Of a stretch of DNA of 64,000 nt, positions 26,711 to 38,363 are shown one piece after another. The notes below the pieces were generated by a model, which saw only the letters and a list, made by a program, of their open reading frames with translations, had not been told where the DNA came from and made no database searches. The stretch covers positions 178,934,001 through 178,998,000 of the forward strand of contig CM059425.1 in the NCBI GenBank assembly GCA_030390025.1, in the 5' to 3' direction. The DNA is from Squalus acanthias (taxonomy: Eukaryota). Every line of letters begins with the position of its first letter. Position 1 is the first letter of the stretch. A program made the position numbers and the translations under genes.

Positions 26711-27890
26711 TTATTGGAACCACAGTCTGATGAGGCGGTCACGGACCGCCCTTCCGGAAGGCTGATTGAGTGGCTGCCTCCTCCCTCGCTCCTGTTCCTC
26801 CTCCTCCTCCTCTTCCTCGTCTTCCTGTTCCTCCTTCTCCTCCTCCTCCTCTCCCTTTTCCTCCTCCTGAGTTGTTCCCGCAATCCCTGGTGTCAAGGGC
26901 TGTGCCTTCATGATGGCCAAGTGGAGCATGCAGCAGACCACCACGAAATGGAACACTCGCTCTGCTGAGTACTGGAGGGCTCCTCCCGAGCGGTCAAGGC
27001 AGCGGAACCATTGCTTGAGCACTCCGATGGTCTGCTCGATGATGTTCCTGGTGGCAGCATGGCTCTCATTATATGAGTGCTGAGCAGGAGTGTCAGGGTT
27101 GCAGAGGGGAGTCATGAGCCAGGTGGAGAGCGGATAATCCTTGTCTCTGACCAGCCAGCCGCGAGTTTGACGTGATGGCTGGAAGAGTGCTGGCACACCG
27201 GTCTGGTGCAGGATGAAGGCATTGTGGCTGCTGCCAGGATAGTGGGCATTCACATTGAAGATTCGCTGTCTGTGGTCGCACACCAACTGCACATTAGGTG
27301 AGCGGTAGCCTTTGCGGTTACATAAGATCTCAGGATTGTTATGCGCTACCCGCAAAGCCACGTGGGTGCAGTCAATGGCGCCCTGCACCATGGGAAAGCC
27401 TGCTATCCTGGCAAAGCCACATGTACATTCACCCTGCTTCTCTCTGGTGATGGGGAAGGAAATGTAATACCTTCTCCTACTGTAGAGAGCCTCTGTGACC
27501 TCATGGATGGCGAACTGCGAGATGTTAGCTATATCTCCTGTTGCAGACTGGAAGTATCCGCTGGCGAAGAAATTGAGGGCGACGGTGACCTGCCACTGAG
27601 GGAGTCGTGGTCGCCCTGATCTGAGGCTGGAGGTCTGGTTGCAGGAAGTGGCAGAGTTCTGTGACCACCTCCTTGGTGAAGTGGAGCCTTGTAATACACT
27701 GCTCCTCGCTTAATTGGAGATAGGAGAAGTGCTCTTGGAATACACTCGGAGGGTAAGGTCTCCTGTTGAGTGCCCTCATGGCCCTTTCTCCTCCCTCTGG
27801 CCATGTGTTCCAATCTTTCTTGCTGTCTCCGCTCCCTCCGCAGTAGATCCTGGAGGGTGAGGTTGACTGCCAGTAGAGCCCCCATTAATG
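26711..27890 (-). pseudogene. HARBI1-like DDE transposase with acidic tail, frameshifted
   Basis: QGAIDCTHVA, NRKGY, YPGSSHNA, RNIIEQTIGVLKQWFRCLD, poly-E, RDRLI. Confidence 0.92.
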
Positions 27891-28764
27891 TAACCAAATG
27901 TAGCACTTTGATATGTTGTGAGAATAAATGTAACTAATTGGTAGCAACCACAACATTCCTGATACTAAACAATCTTTAAATGACTGAGTTAAACTGTTGC
28001 ACAATGTCAAACTGACAAGGAAGCAGTGAAACAGCACTATCATGACAGCTGTGACTAATTACTCATGATCCCTTTAAGTAGCGCCCCTGGAGCCGGCATC
28101 CACCTGCTTCACGCCTCCTCTCCCTGTCGTTGTCGTGGCGAGGCGCTAAGACACGGGGCGACAATGATTTTTGCAGATTGGGCACCCAGTGAGCGTTGCA
28201 TGCTCACTGAAGTCACAATCTGCCTGGCGCTGAGGTCCCTGGCAGTAAATCGTAGCGGCAGCGCTATGGGCGGGCCGGATTTGGCGTGCGTCGCTGGATT
28301 CGTCTCGCTCCAGCGCAATTGCATCAGCGCCCTGTTAGCGCCCCCGGCAGGCGTTAACTGGAGGTGCTAACCAACTGAATTTTTCCCCATTAGACAAAGA
28401 ACATTGGCGCATCAAAGAAGTCTGACAGACAGGGCCCAAATTTTATGTTACAATACAAGTAAAATGAAAATGAACGAGAAGGCAAATCAAGCAACAATTC
28501 TATAGCAGGAAAGAGACAGCAAAAAATATTATTTACAAAAATAAAAGTATAGGAACCATTTAATAAACAGCAGGTAAAGAAAACATATTTAAAGATGAAA
28601 AGGCGAGTTTTTTACCTGGTTTTTTTCATTGTTTCTTGTGGTTTTTTCTTATATATATATCCATAACATATTATTTAATGTTGTTATAATTTTTACTTAA
28701 AGAGACTAAATGATTAATATTGAAAACAATAATTACTAGAAGCTGTTTAGGTAACAGCTTTGGC

Positions 28765-28816
28765 ACATTGGTAACAGTGTCATCTCTCAGTCAGTAGGTT
28801 ATGACCTCTAAGTCCA
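28765..28816 (+). mobile_element. 5' head of a Deu-type SINE split by the CR1 insertion (continues at 33943)
   Basis: tctcagtcagtaggttatg..aagtccac joins ttcagagtcttgag; compare intact copies. Confidence 0.6.
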
Positions 28817-29145
28817 CAGCGGCGGACCTGCGGGGAATCAGGCGGCGGCGGCGGGACTCAAAAGAGGCGGCAGAGACCAGGTAGGCGACCAATCTCCGAG
28901 CTCAGAGGGAGGGAGAGAAGTAAAAAGTAATCGAAGTGTGACGTCGCCAGAAAGCAGGTAAGTGATTGGTTGGTGAGTATTTCTCTCTTTTGAAACTTAA
29001 ACTCTGTGGTTTGTAGTTTCTAAGCTGTCTGTGGTTTAGCGGGGACTGTTGGTAAACCAGGGCCCTTAAGTATATCATTTAACTGCACTGTAATTGGTGG
29101 GATTGATTTGATTTAATTTAATTTGAATTAATTAAAGGGTAAGTC

Positions 29146-30096
29146 ATGGCAGGAGAGCTCGGCCCCGTGGTATGCTCCTCTTGCGCTATGTGGGAACTCA
29201 GGGACACTTCCTGTGCCCCTGAAAACCATGTGTGCAGGAAGTGTATCCAGCTACAGCTACTGGCAGACCGCATTACGGCGCTGGAGCTGCGATTGGATAC
29301 ATACTGGACCATTCGCGATGCTGAGGACGTCGTGGATATCACGTTTGAGCAGTTGGTCACACCGCAGGCAAAGGATGCACAGGCAGAAAGGGAATGGGTG
29401 ACCAACAGACAGAGTAGTAGGCGCAGGCAGGTAGTTCAGGAGTCCCCTGTGGACATCCCCCTCTCAAACAGATATACCACTTTGAACACTGTTGGGGGGG
29501 ATTGCTTATCAGAGGAAGGCAGCAGCAGCCAACTTCCTGGCACCAGGGGTGGTTCTGCTGCACAGGACGGGAGGAAAAAGAGGGGTAGAGCTATAGTGAT
29601 AGGGGATTCTATTGTAAGGGGAATAGATAGGCGTTTCTGTGGCCGCAAACGAGACTCCAGGATGGTGTGTTGCCTCCCTGGTGCAAGGGTCAAGGATGTC
29701 TCAGAGCGACTGCAGAATATTTTGGAAAGGGAGGGTGAACAGCCAGTTGTCGTGGTGCATATAGGTACCAACGATATAGGTAAAAAAGGGGAGGAGGTCC
29801 TAAAAGCTGAATATAGGGAGTTAGGAGGTAAATTAAAAAATAGGACCTCAAAGGTAGTAATCTCCGGATTGCTACCAGTGCCACGTGCTAGTCAGAGTAG
29901 AAATAGAAGGATATTTCAGGTGAATACGTGGCTAGAGGAATGGTGCAAGGGGGAGGGATTCAAATTCCTGGGACATTGGAACCGGTTCTGGGGGAGGTGG
30001 GACCAGTACAAACCGGACGGTTTGCACCTGGGCAGGGCCGGGACCGATGTCCTAGGGGGAGTGTTTGCTAGTGCTCTGGGGGAGGGTTTAAACTAA
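29146..30096 (+). CDS. CR1 ORF1 protein, intact (Cys zinc finger, coiled coil, SGNH esterase domain)
   Basis: CSSC..CRKC; IGDSIVRG, VHIGTND, DGLHL motifs. Confidence 0.92.
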   Translation: MAGELGPVVCSSCAMWELRDTSCAPENHVCRKCIQLQLLADRITALELRLDTYWTIRDAEDVVDITFEQLVTPQAKDAQAEREWVTNRQSSRRRQVVQESPVDIPLSNRYTTLNTVGGDCLSEEGSSSQLPGTRGGSAAQDGRKKRGRAIVIGDSIVRGIDRRFCGRKRDSRMVCCLPGARVKDVSERLQNILEREGEQPVVVVHIGTNDIGKKGEEVLKAEYRELGGKLKNRTSKVVISGLLPVPRASQSRNRRIFQVNTWLEEWCKGEGFKFLGHWNRFWGRWDQYKPDGLHLGRAGTDVLGGVFASALGEGLN

Positions 30097-33000
30097 AATG
30101 GCAGGGGGTTGGGAACCTGAGCAGGGAGAGAGAGGAAAGGGAAACAAGGATAAAAGCAAAAGATAGGAAGGAGAAAAACAAAAGTAGCAGTCTGAGAAAT
30201 CAACGGTTTAAATCAAACATGGCCACAGTAAATAATAATTCTAATAGGTCTAAGAGCGTTAAAAAAACAAGGCTGAAGGCTTTGGGGTAAAAATTGAGTC
30301 GCGCCCCATTTGGGGCGCTAACCTCGCCGGGGCGCGACTTTTAGCGCCCCGAAAAAATTAGCGGCCCCGCGCCGGAACTTCAGTGGTTGCGCCCCAAGAG
30401 GGAAGCAGGGCGCAACTGGAAGCACCCCGCATCCCTCTTGGGGCGCTGCGAGTGAATATCCTGGCGCTACGTGCCGCAGCGCCACGCGCTGCGGCACGTC
30501 GCGCCACGGTATTGCAGGCCTTCCTCCTCTTCTTAAAGGGGAGGGACCCTGCGCAGCGCGAACCGGGGCCCAGCTGGGCCCCCAGGGATCGGGAGTGCCG
30601 GCAAAAGAGCCCGGCACTCAAGAGAAGTGCCGGGCTCTTGGAGCGCAGCCGGCACTTCACGGTGGGGGGGCTTCACGGGGGCCGGGGGCAGGTGCTGGCA
30701 GGCGGCCAACAACAAAAATGGCCGCCTGCCACCTCCGCTTTAAATATCGCCGCCCCGGCCGCACGTACGCCTCCCTGAACCCGTCGGACATAGCGTCTGG
30801 CGGTAAATCAGGGGGCGCGACTGAAGATCACGGCCGGGGCGCGAGCGGGGTGCTGCGCACGGCGATGACGTCATCACCAGCGGCGCAGCGCCACAGGGCG
30901 CTACCGGCTGCCGCCGCCGCTAACCTCCCACTAAATTTTCCGGGAGGCGTGGGCGGCGCTGCGCCCGGGCGTTAGCTGCTTTACGCCCCATTAGCGCCCT
31001 CTTAAGGCGCTAACGGGAGGCGCAAGCAGCTGAATTTTTCCCCCTTTATGTCTTAATGCGAGGAGCATTCGGAATAAGGTGGATGAATTAGCTGTGCAAA
31101 TAGAGGTAAACAAATATGATTTGATTGGGATTACGGAAACATGGCTTCAGGGTGGCCAAGGCTGGGAACTCAACATCCAGGGGTATTCAATATTCAGGAA
31201 AGATAGGCAAAAAGGAAAGGGAGGTGGCGTAGCATTGCTAGTTAAAGTGGGGATTAACACAATTGTAAGGAAGGATATTAGCTCTGATGATGTGGAATCT
31301 GTATGGGTAGAACTGAGAAATACCAAGGGGCAGAAAACGTCAGTGGGAGTGGTATATAGACCTCCAAACAGTAATGCGGAGGTTGGGGATGGCATTAAAA
31401 GAGAAATTAGAGAAGTGTGCAATAAGGGCACAACAGTCATCATGGGGGACTTTAATCTACATATAGATTGGACTAACCAAATTAGTAACAATACTGTGGA
31501 GGAGGAATTCCTGGAGTGTTTACGGGATGGTTTCCTGGACAAATATGTTGAGGAACCAACCAGAGAGCAGGCCATCTTAGACTGGGTATTATGTAATGAG
31601 AAAGGATTAATTAGCAATCTTGTTGTGCGAGGCCCCTTGGGTCGGAGCAATCATAATATGATAGAATTCTTCATTAAGATGGAGAGTGAAGTAGTTGACT
31701 CAGAGACTAGGGTCCTGAATTTAAATAAAGGAAACTACGATGGTATGAGGCAAGAGTTGGCTAGGATTGATTGGGGAATGTCACGCAAAGGGTTGACAGT
31801 GGATAGGCAATGGCAAACATTCAAAGACCGCATGGGTGAACTACAGAATTTGTTCATCCCAGTTTGGCATAAGAATAAAACAAAAAAGGTGACTCAACCG
31901 TGGCTAACAAGGGAAATTAGGGATAGCATAAGATTCAAGGAGAGGACATATAAATTGGCCAGAAAAAGCAGTAAACCTAAGGATTGGGAACAGTTTAGGA
32001 TTCAACAAAGGAGGACAAAGGGATTAATTGAGGGGGAAAATAGAATATGAGAGGAAGCTTTCAGGGAACATATAAACTGACTGTAAAAGCTTTTATAGAT
32101 ATGTGAAAAGAAAAAGATTGGTGAAGTCAAGCGTAGGTCCCTTGCAGTCAGAATCAGGGGAACTTATAATGGGGAACAAAGAAATGGCAGACCAATTAAA
32201 TACATATTTTGGTTCTGTCTTCACAAAGGAGGACACAAATAACCTCCCAGAGATGTCGGGGAACATAGGGTTTGCTGAAAGGGAGGAACTGAAAGAAATC
32301 AGTATTTGTAGGGAAATGGTGTTCGGGAAATTGGCGGGATTGAAGGCCGATAAATTCCCAGGGCCTGATAATCTACATCCTAGGGTACTTAAGGAAGTGG
32401 CCCTAGAAATAGTAGATGCATTGCTGATCATCTTCCAACATTCGATGGAATCTGGAACAATACCCATGGATTGGAGGGTAGCTAATGTTACCCCACTATT
32501 CAAAAAAGGTGGTAGAGAGAAAACGGGGAATTACAGACCGGTAAGCCTGACATCGGTAGTGGGGAAAATGCTAGAGTCCATTATAAAAGATGTAATAGCT
32601 GAGCACTTGGAAAACAGTGACAGGATCGGACAAAGTCAACATGGATTTACAAAAGGTAAATCGTGCTTGACTAATCTACTGGAATTTTTTGTGGATGTAA
32701 CTGGTAAAATAGATATGGGAGAACCAGTGGATGTGGTGTATTTGGACTTTCAAAAGGCTTTCGATAAGGTCCCGCATAAGAGATTAGCATGTAAAGTTAA
32801 GGCACATGGGACTGGGGGCAAGGTATTGACTTGGATAGAGAACTGGTTGGCAGACAGGAAGCAAAGAGTTGGAATAAACGGGTCTTTTTCCGAGTGGCAG
32901 GCAGTGACTAGTGGGGTACCGCAGGGATCGGTGCTAGGACCCCAGCTATTCACAATATATATTAATGATCTAGACAAGGGAACTAGATGTAATATCTCCA

Positions 33001-33850
33001 AGTTTGCAGACGACACAAAGCTGGGTGGGCGTGTGTGCTGTGAGGAGGATGCCGAGAAACTCCAGTATGATTTGGACAGGTTGGGTGATTGGGCAGAAGC
33101 ATGACAGATGCAATATAACGTGGATAAATGCAAGGTTATCCACTTTGGTGGCAAAAACAGGAAGGCAGATTATTATCTGAATGGCAATAGATTGGGAGAA
33201 GGGGAAGTGCAACGAGACCTGGGTGTCCTTGTGTAACAGTCGCTGAAGGTAAGCATGCAGGTGCAGCAGGCGGTTAAGAAGGCAAATGGTATGTTGGCCT
33301 TCGTAGCGAGAGGGTTTGAGTACAGGAACAAGCATGTCTTGCTGCAGTTGTACAGTGCTTTGGTGAGACCACATCTTGAGTATTGTGTGCAGTTTTGGTC
33401 GCCTTATCTGAGGAAGGAGGTTCTTGCCATGGAAGGAGTTCAGCGAAGATTCACCAGACTGATACCTGGGATGGCAGGAATGACGTATGAGGAGAGATTG
33501 GGTCGATTGGGCTTATACTTGCTGGAGCTTAGAAGAATGAGAGGGGATCTGATTGAAACTTATAAAATTCTGAAAGGACTGGACAGACTAGATGCAGGAA
33601 GGATGTTCCCGATGGTCGGGGAGTCCAGAACCAGGGGTCACAGTCTAAGGATAAGGGGTAAGCCATTTAGGACAGAAATGAGGAGGAATTTCTTCACCCA
33701 GAGAGTGGTGAACCTGTGGAATTCTCTACCACAGAAGGCAGTAGAGGCCAATTCATTAAATATATTCAAGAAGAGTTGGATATATTTCTTAAGGCTAAAG
33801 GGATCAAGGGATATGGGGAGAAAGCAGGGACAGGGTACTGAATTTGGATG
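30093..33850 (+). pseudogene. CR1 ORF2 (endonuclease-reverse transcriptase) disrupted by MITE, frameshift and stops
   Basis: [32 protein letters not shown]; stops at 33102 and ~33235. Confidence 0.92.
30284..31044. mobile_element. CpG-rich non-autonomous Harbinger family B
   Basis: TIR ggggtaaaaatt / aatttttccccc; TTT TSD; removal restores LKALCLNARS. Confidence 0.9.
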
Positions 33851-33942
33851 ATCAGCCATGATCGCATTGAATGGCGGAGCAGGCTAGAGGGGCCGAATGG
33901 CCTACTCCTGCTCCTATCTTCTATGTTTCTATGTTTCTATGT

Positions 33943-34297
33943 TTCAGAGTCTTGAGAACATCATCCAGGTTGACACTTTAGCGCAGTACTGAGCGAGAGC
34001 TACTCTGTCTGAAGTGCTGTCTTTCAGCTGAGATGTCTCAAGTGGACGTAAAAGATCCCATGGCACTATTTGAAGAGCAAGAGCGTTCTTCCGATGTCCT
34101 GGCTAACAGTTTTCCCTTAACCAATATTACTAACAGATTATCTGGTCATTTATTTCATTGCTGTTTGTGGGACCTTGCTGTGCACAAATTGGGTGCCGTG
34201 TTTCCCTGCATTACAACAGCTACTTTATTGATTGTAAAGCACTTTGAGATGCTCTGAGACCATGAAAGGCCTTACACAAATACAAGTTCATTCTTTC
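33943..34297 (+). mobile_element. Deu-type SINE body
   Basis: Homologous to 1-410. Confidence 0.8.
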
Positions 34298-35029
34298 GTT
34301 TTACTAAGAACATGGTACTGTAACATTATAATGAAAATATTATCTGCAATTTAAAGGGAAAACTGGAAATGAAAAATAAAACAACAAAAAGGTGGAATGT
34401 GAATATTACAGCATTTTGCACTGTTTCATTTGCGATATTACTTGGGCAATCTCTCTAGAGTTTTAAAGACAATTAGTAGATGGTGGCATTTGGGACTGTC
34501 CATGTGGGGAAATCAATAGTTGTCAATTGAGGCTCTGGAACATCCATGTGGGCAAGCCTGCTGTAGTCATCTGGCTGCCTTGCACACCCATAAAGTGGAA
34601 GTCTGGAATCATCATCCAAGAACCAGAGTGTTTGAGAATCCCAGAACTGCTATCACAAGTCTAGACCATTTGGCAAGGAAGCCGAGAACCACTGTCTATA
34701 CACTTGGAACATTCAACATGAAATGACCTTGATTCTGTCTGAAGTTTTCCTGTTTTCAATGGGGGAGAGGGGTAGAGGGATAGTGGGTAGAAAACAGTCT
34801 CAGTGAGGCTGGTAGTGGCTGTGAGACTACCGCAGGTACTGCCAGGGACAAAGTGGTTTGAGGGGTAAGGATTGAAGGAGCTTCAACATGAGGGGTTTTG
34901 GAAGGTTGAAAAGTGTCTCACTGGGGGAAGGGATGGTAAGTGCCTGGGAGGGGCGGGGGGGGGGGGGGGGGGGGGCGCGGAATTAAAAATGGGTAAACGG
35001 GAATGTAGTTGTGTGAGGATGGACTTGCA

Positions 35030-38000
35030 TTTTTTTTATTCGTTCATGGGATGTAGGCGTCGCTGGCAAGGCCAGCATTTATTGCCCATCCCTAGTTGCC
35101 CTTGAGAAGGTGGTGGGGAGCTGCCTTCTTGAACCGCTGCAGTCTGTGTGGTGAAGGTACTCCCACAGTGCTGTTATGGAGGGAGTTCCAGGATTTTGAC
35201 CCAGTGACGATGAAGGAACAGCGATATACTTCCAAGTCAGGATGGTGTGTGACTTTGAGGGGAGCTTGGAGGTGCTGGTGTTCCCATGCGCCTGCTGCCC
35301 TTGTCCTTCTAGATGATAGAGGTCGTGGGTTTTGGAGGTGCTGCCTGAAGAAGCCTTGGCAAGTTGCTGCAGTGCATCTTGTAAATGGTACACACTGTAG
35401 TCATGGTGCACCGGTGGTGGAGGGATTGAATGTTTAAGGTGGTGGATGGGGTGGCAATCAAGCAGGCTGCTTTGTCCTGGATGGTGTCGAGCTTCTTAAG
35501 TGTTGTTGGAGCTGCACTCATCCAGGCAAGTGCAGAGTATTCCATCACACTCCTTACTTGTGCCATGTAGATGGTGGAAAGGCTTTGGGGAGTCAGGAGG
35601 TGGGATACTCACCGCAGAATACCTAGCCTCTGACCTGCTCTTGTTGCCACAGTATTTATGTGGCTGGTCCAGTTAAGCTTCTGGTCAACGGTAACTCCCA
35701 GGATGTTGATGGTGGGGGATTCGGTGATGGTAATGCCGTTGAATGTGAAGGGGCGGTGGTTAGACTCTAACTTGTTGGAGATAGTCATTGCCTGGCAATT
35801 GTGTTGTGTGGAGATGTAATATCTCCAAGTTTGCAGATGACACAAAGCTGGGTGGGCGTGTGTGCTGTGAGGAGGATTCAGAGAAACTCCAGTATGATTT
35901 GGACAGGTTGGGTGATTGGGCAGATGCATGACAAATGCAGTATAATGTGGAGAAATGCGAGGTTATCCACTTCGGTGGCAAAAACAGGAAGACAGATTAT
36001 TATCTGAACGGCAATAGATTGGGAAAGGGGAAGTGCAATGAGACCTGGGTGTCCTTGTGCACCAGTCGCTGAAGGTAAGCATGCAGGGCAGCAGGCGGTT
36101 AAGAAGGCAAATGGTATGTTGGCCTTCATAGCGAGAGGATTCGAGTACAGGAGCAAGGATGTCTTGCTGCAGTTGTACAAGGCCTTGGTGAGACCACACC
36201 TTGAGTATTGTGTGCAGTTTTGGTCACCTTATCTGAGGAAGGATGTTCTTGCCATGGAAGGAGTTCAGCGAAGATTCACCAGACTGATACCTGGGATGGC
36301 AGGAATGACGTATGAGGAGAGATTGGGTCGATTAGGCTTATATTCGCTAGAGTTTAGAAGAATGAGAGGGGATCTCATTGAAACTTATAAAATTCTAACA
36401 GGACTAGACAGACTAGATGCAGGAAGGATGTTCCTGATAGTGGGGGAGTCCAGAACCAGGGGTCACAGTCTAAGGATAAGGGGTAAGCCATTTAGGACTG
36501 CGATGAGGAGGAATTTCTTCACCCAGAGAGTGGTGAACCTGTGGAATTCTCTACCACAGAAGGCAGTAGAGGCCAATTCATTAAATATATTAAGAAGAGT
36601 TAGATATATTTCTTAAGGCTAAAGGGATCAAGGGATATGGGGAGAAAGCAGGGACAGGGTACTGAATTTGGATGATCAGCCATGATCTCATTAAATGGCG
36701 GAACAGGCTCGAGGGGCCGAATGGCCAACTCCTGCTCCTATCTTCTATGTTTCTATGTTTCTATGTGAATGTTACCTGCCACTTATCAGCCCAAGCCTGA
36801 ATGTTGTCCAGGTCTTGTTGTATGCGGGCATAGACTGCTTCATTATCTGAGGAGTTGCGAATGGCACTGAACACTGTGCAGTCATCAGCGAACATCCCCA
36901 TTTCTGACCTTATGTTGGAGGGAAGGTCATTGATGAAGCAGCTGAAGATGGTTGGCCGAGGACACTGCCCTGAGTAACACCTGCTGTGATGTCCTGGGGC
37001 TCAGATGATTGACCTCCAACCACCACAACTATCTTCCTTTGTGCTGGGTATGACTCGAGCCAGTGGAGAGTTTTTCCCCCGATTCCCATTGACTTCAGTT
37101 TTACGAGGGTTCCTTGATGTCACACTCGGTCAAATGCTGACTTGATGTCAAGGGCAGTCACTCTCACCTCACCTCTGGAATTCAGCTCCTTTGTCATGTT
37201 TGGACCAAGGCTGTAATGAGGTCTGGAGCCAAATGGCCCTGACGGAACCCAAACTGGGCATCATGATTGAGAGTAGACTGATGGGGCGGTAATTGGCCGG
37301 ATTGGATTTGTTCTGCTTTTTGTGGACAGGACATACCTGGGCAGTTTTCCACATTGTCTGATAGATGCCAGTGTTGTCGCTGTACTGGAACAGCTTGGCT
37401 AGAGGCGCGACTAGTTCTTGAGCAGAAGTCTTCAGCACGACAGCCGGGATGTTGTCGGGGCCCATAGCCTTTGCTGTATCCAGTGCGCTCTGCTGTTTCT
37501 TGATATCACATGGAGTGAATCGAATTGGCTGAAGACTGGCTTCTGTGATGGTGGGGACCTCAGGAGGAAGCCAATATGGATCAACCTCTCGGCACTTCTG
37601 GCTGAAGATGGTTGCTAACCCTTCAGCCTTGTCTTTTGCACTCACGTGCTGGGCTCCACCATCATTGAGGATGGGGATATTCATGGAGCCTTCTCCTCCC
37701 GTTAGTTGTTTAATGGTCCACCACCATTCACGAGTGGATGTGGCAGGACTGCAGAGCTTTGATCTGATTCGTTGATTGTGGGATAGCTTAGCTCTGTCTA
37801 TAGCATGCTGCTTCTGCTTTTTAGCATGCATGCAGTCCTGTGTTGCAGTTTCCCCTGGTTGGCATCTCATTTTTAGGTACACCTGATGCTGCTCCTGGCA
37901 TGCTCTTCTACGCTCCTTATTGAACCAGGGTTGGTCCCCTGGCTTGATGGTGATGGTAGAGTGAGGGATATGCCGGGCCATGAGTTTACAGATTGTGAAG

Positions 38001-38078
38001 GAATACAATTCTGCTGCTGCTGATGGCCCACAGCACCTCATGGATGCCCAGTTTTGAGCTGCTAGATCTGTTCTGAAA
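35030..38078 (-). mobile_element. Second CR1-group LINE family copy, interrupted by CR1
   Basis: Homologous to 2149-3545; ORF 37169..38095 KAMGPDNIP..NYRPISLL. Confidence 0.88.
35812..36764 (+). mobile_element. CR1 3' fragment
   Basis: Near identical to 32985-33942; same tail. Confidence 0.93.
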
Positions 38079-38363
38079 TATTCAGAAAATTGCATGCCTG
38101 AAAGGTAGTTCAGGAAGTATGGGGGAGGGGGGATTTAGCACTGAAAAGTGAGCATTGGAGAATATAGGATGCCACAGAGCAGGGCAACATCAAGTGTCAA
38201 GGACGTGCCAGAGAAGTGGCAAGAGGAGATAGACAGAAGATGGATCAAAAGCGGCACATGAGGACAAGAATAGGAAGCGCAACAAACAACTTTAAAGAAC
38301 AGTTCAGCAGCCAAGTATTTCTTTTCTCAATGGGTTGGATGGTGGGAATCTCTACCATATGTC

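Larger units (their letters stand above)
24359..28389. mobile_element. PIF/Harbinger family B transposon, full length, decayed
   Basis: TIR gggggagaaattc / gaatttttcccca; TTA TSD; convergent Myb (+) and transposase (-) genes. Confidence 0.9.
16341..28757. mobile_element. AT-rich long-TIR non-autonomous DNA element (~620 bp own sequence) split by three insertions
   Basis: Left pieces 16341-16354, 22456-22517 and 24180-24195 form an imperfect inverted repeat of ~28663-28757. Confidence 0.7.
28817..33942 (+). mobile_element. Full-length CR1 LINE
   Basis: 5'UTR, ORF1, APE endonuclease plus RT ORF2, (TTCTATGT)n tail. Confidence 0.95.

Noticed and set aside
26711..27890. Domesticated host HARBI1 or NAIF1 genes
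   Set aside because: All copies lie between TIRs with TSDs, are multi-copy, and contain stops or frameshifts
28610..28710. Minus-strand exon-like AG..GT segment
   Set aside because: Stops in all three frames; part of the long-TIR element
30318..30975. Several 99-131 aa ORFs
   Set aside because: By-product of high GC content in a MITE; no recognisable motifs
31147..33374. Long antisense ORFs recurring opposite CR1 ORF2
   Set aside because: Shadow frames of the RT/endonuclease coding strand; they recur only because the element is repeated
34954..34976. Poly-G run as a functional G-quadruplex
   Set aside because: Simple homopolymer with no supporting context; possibly error-prone sequence
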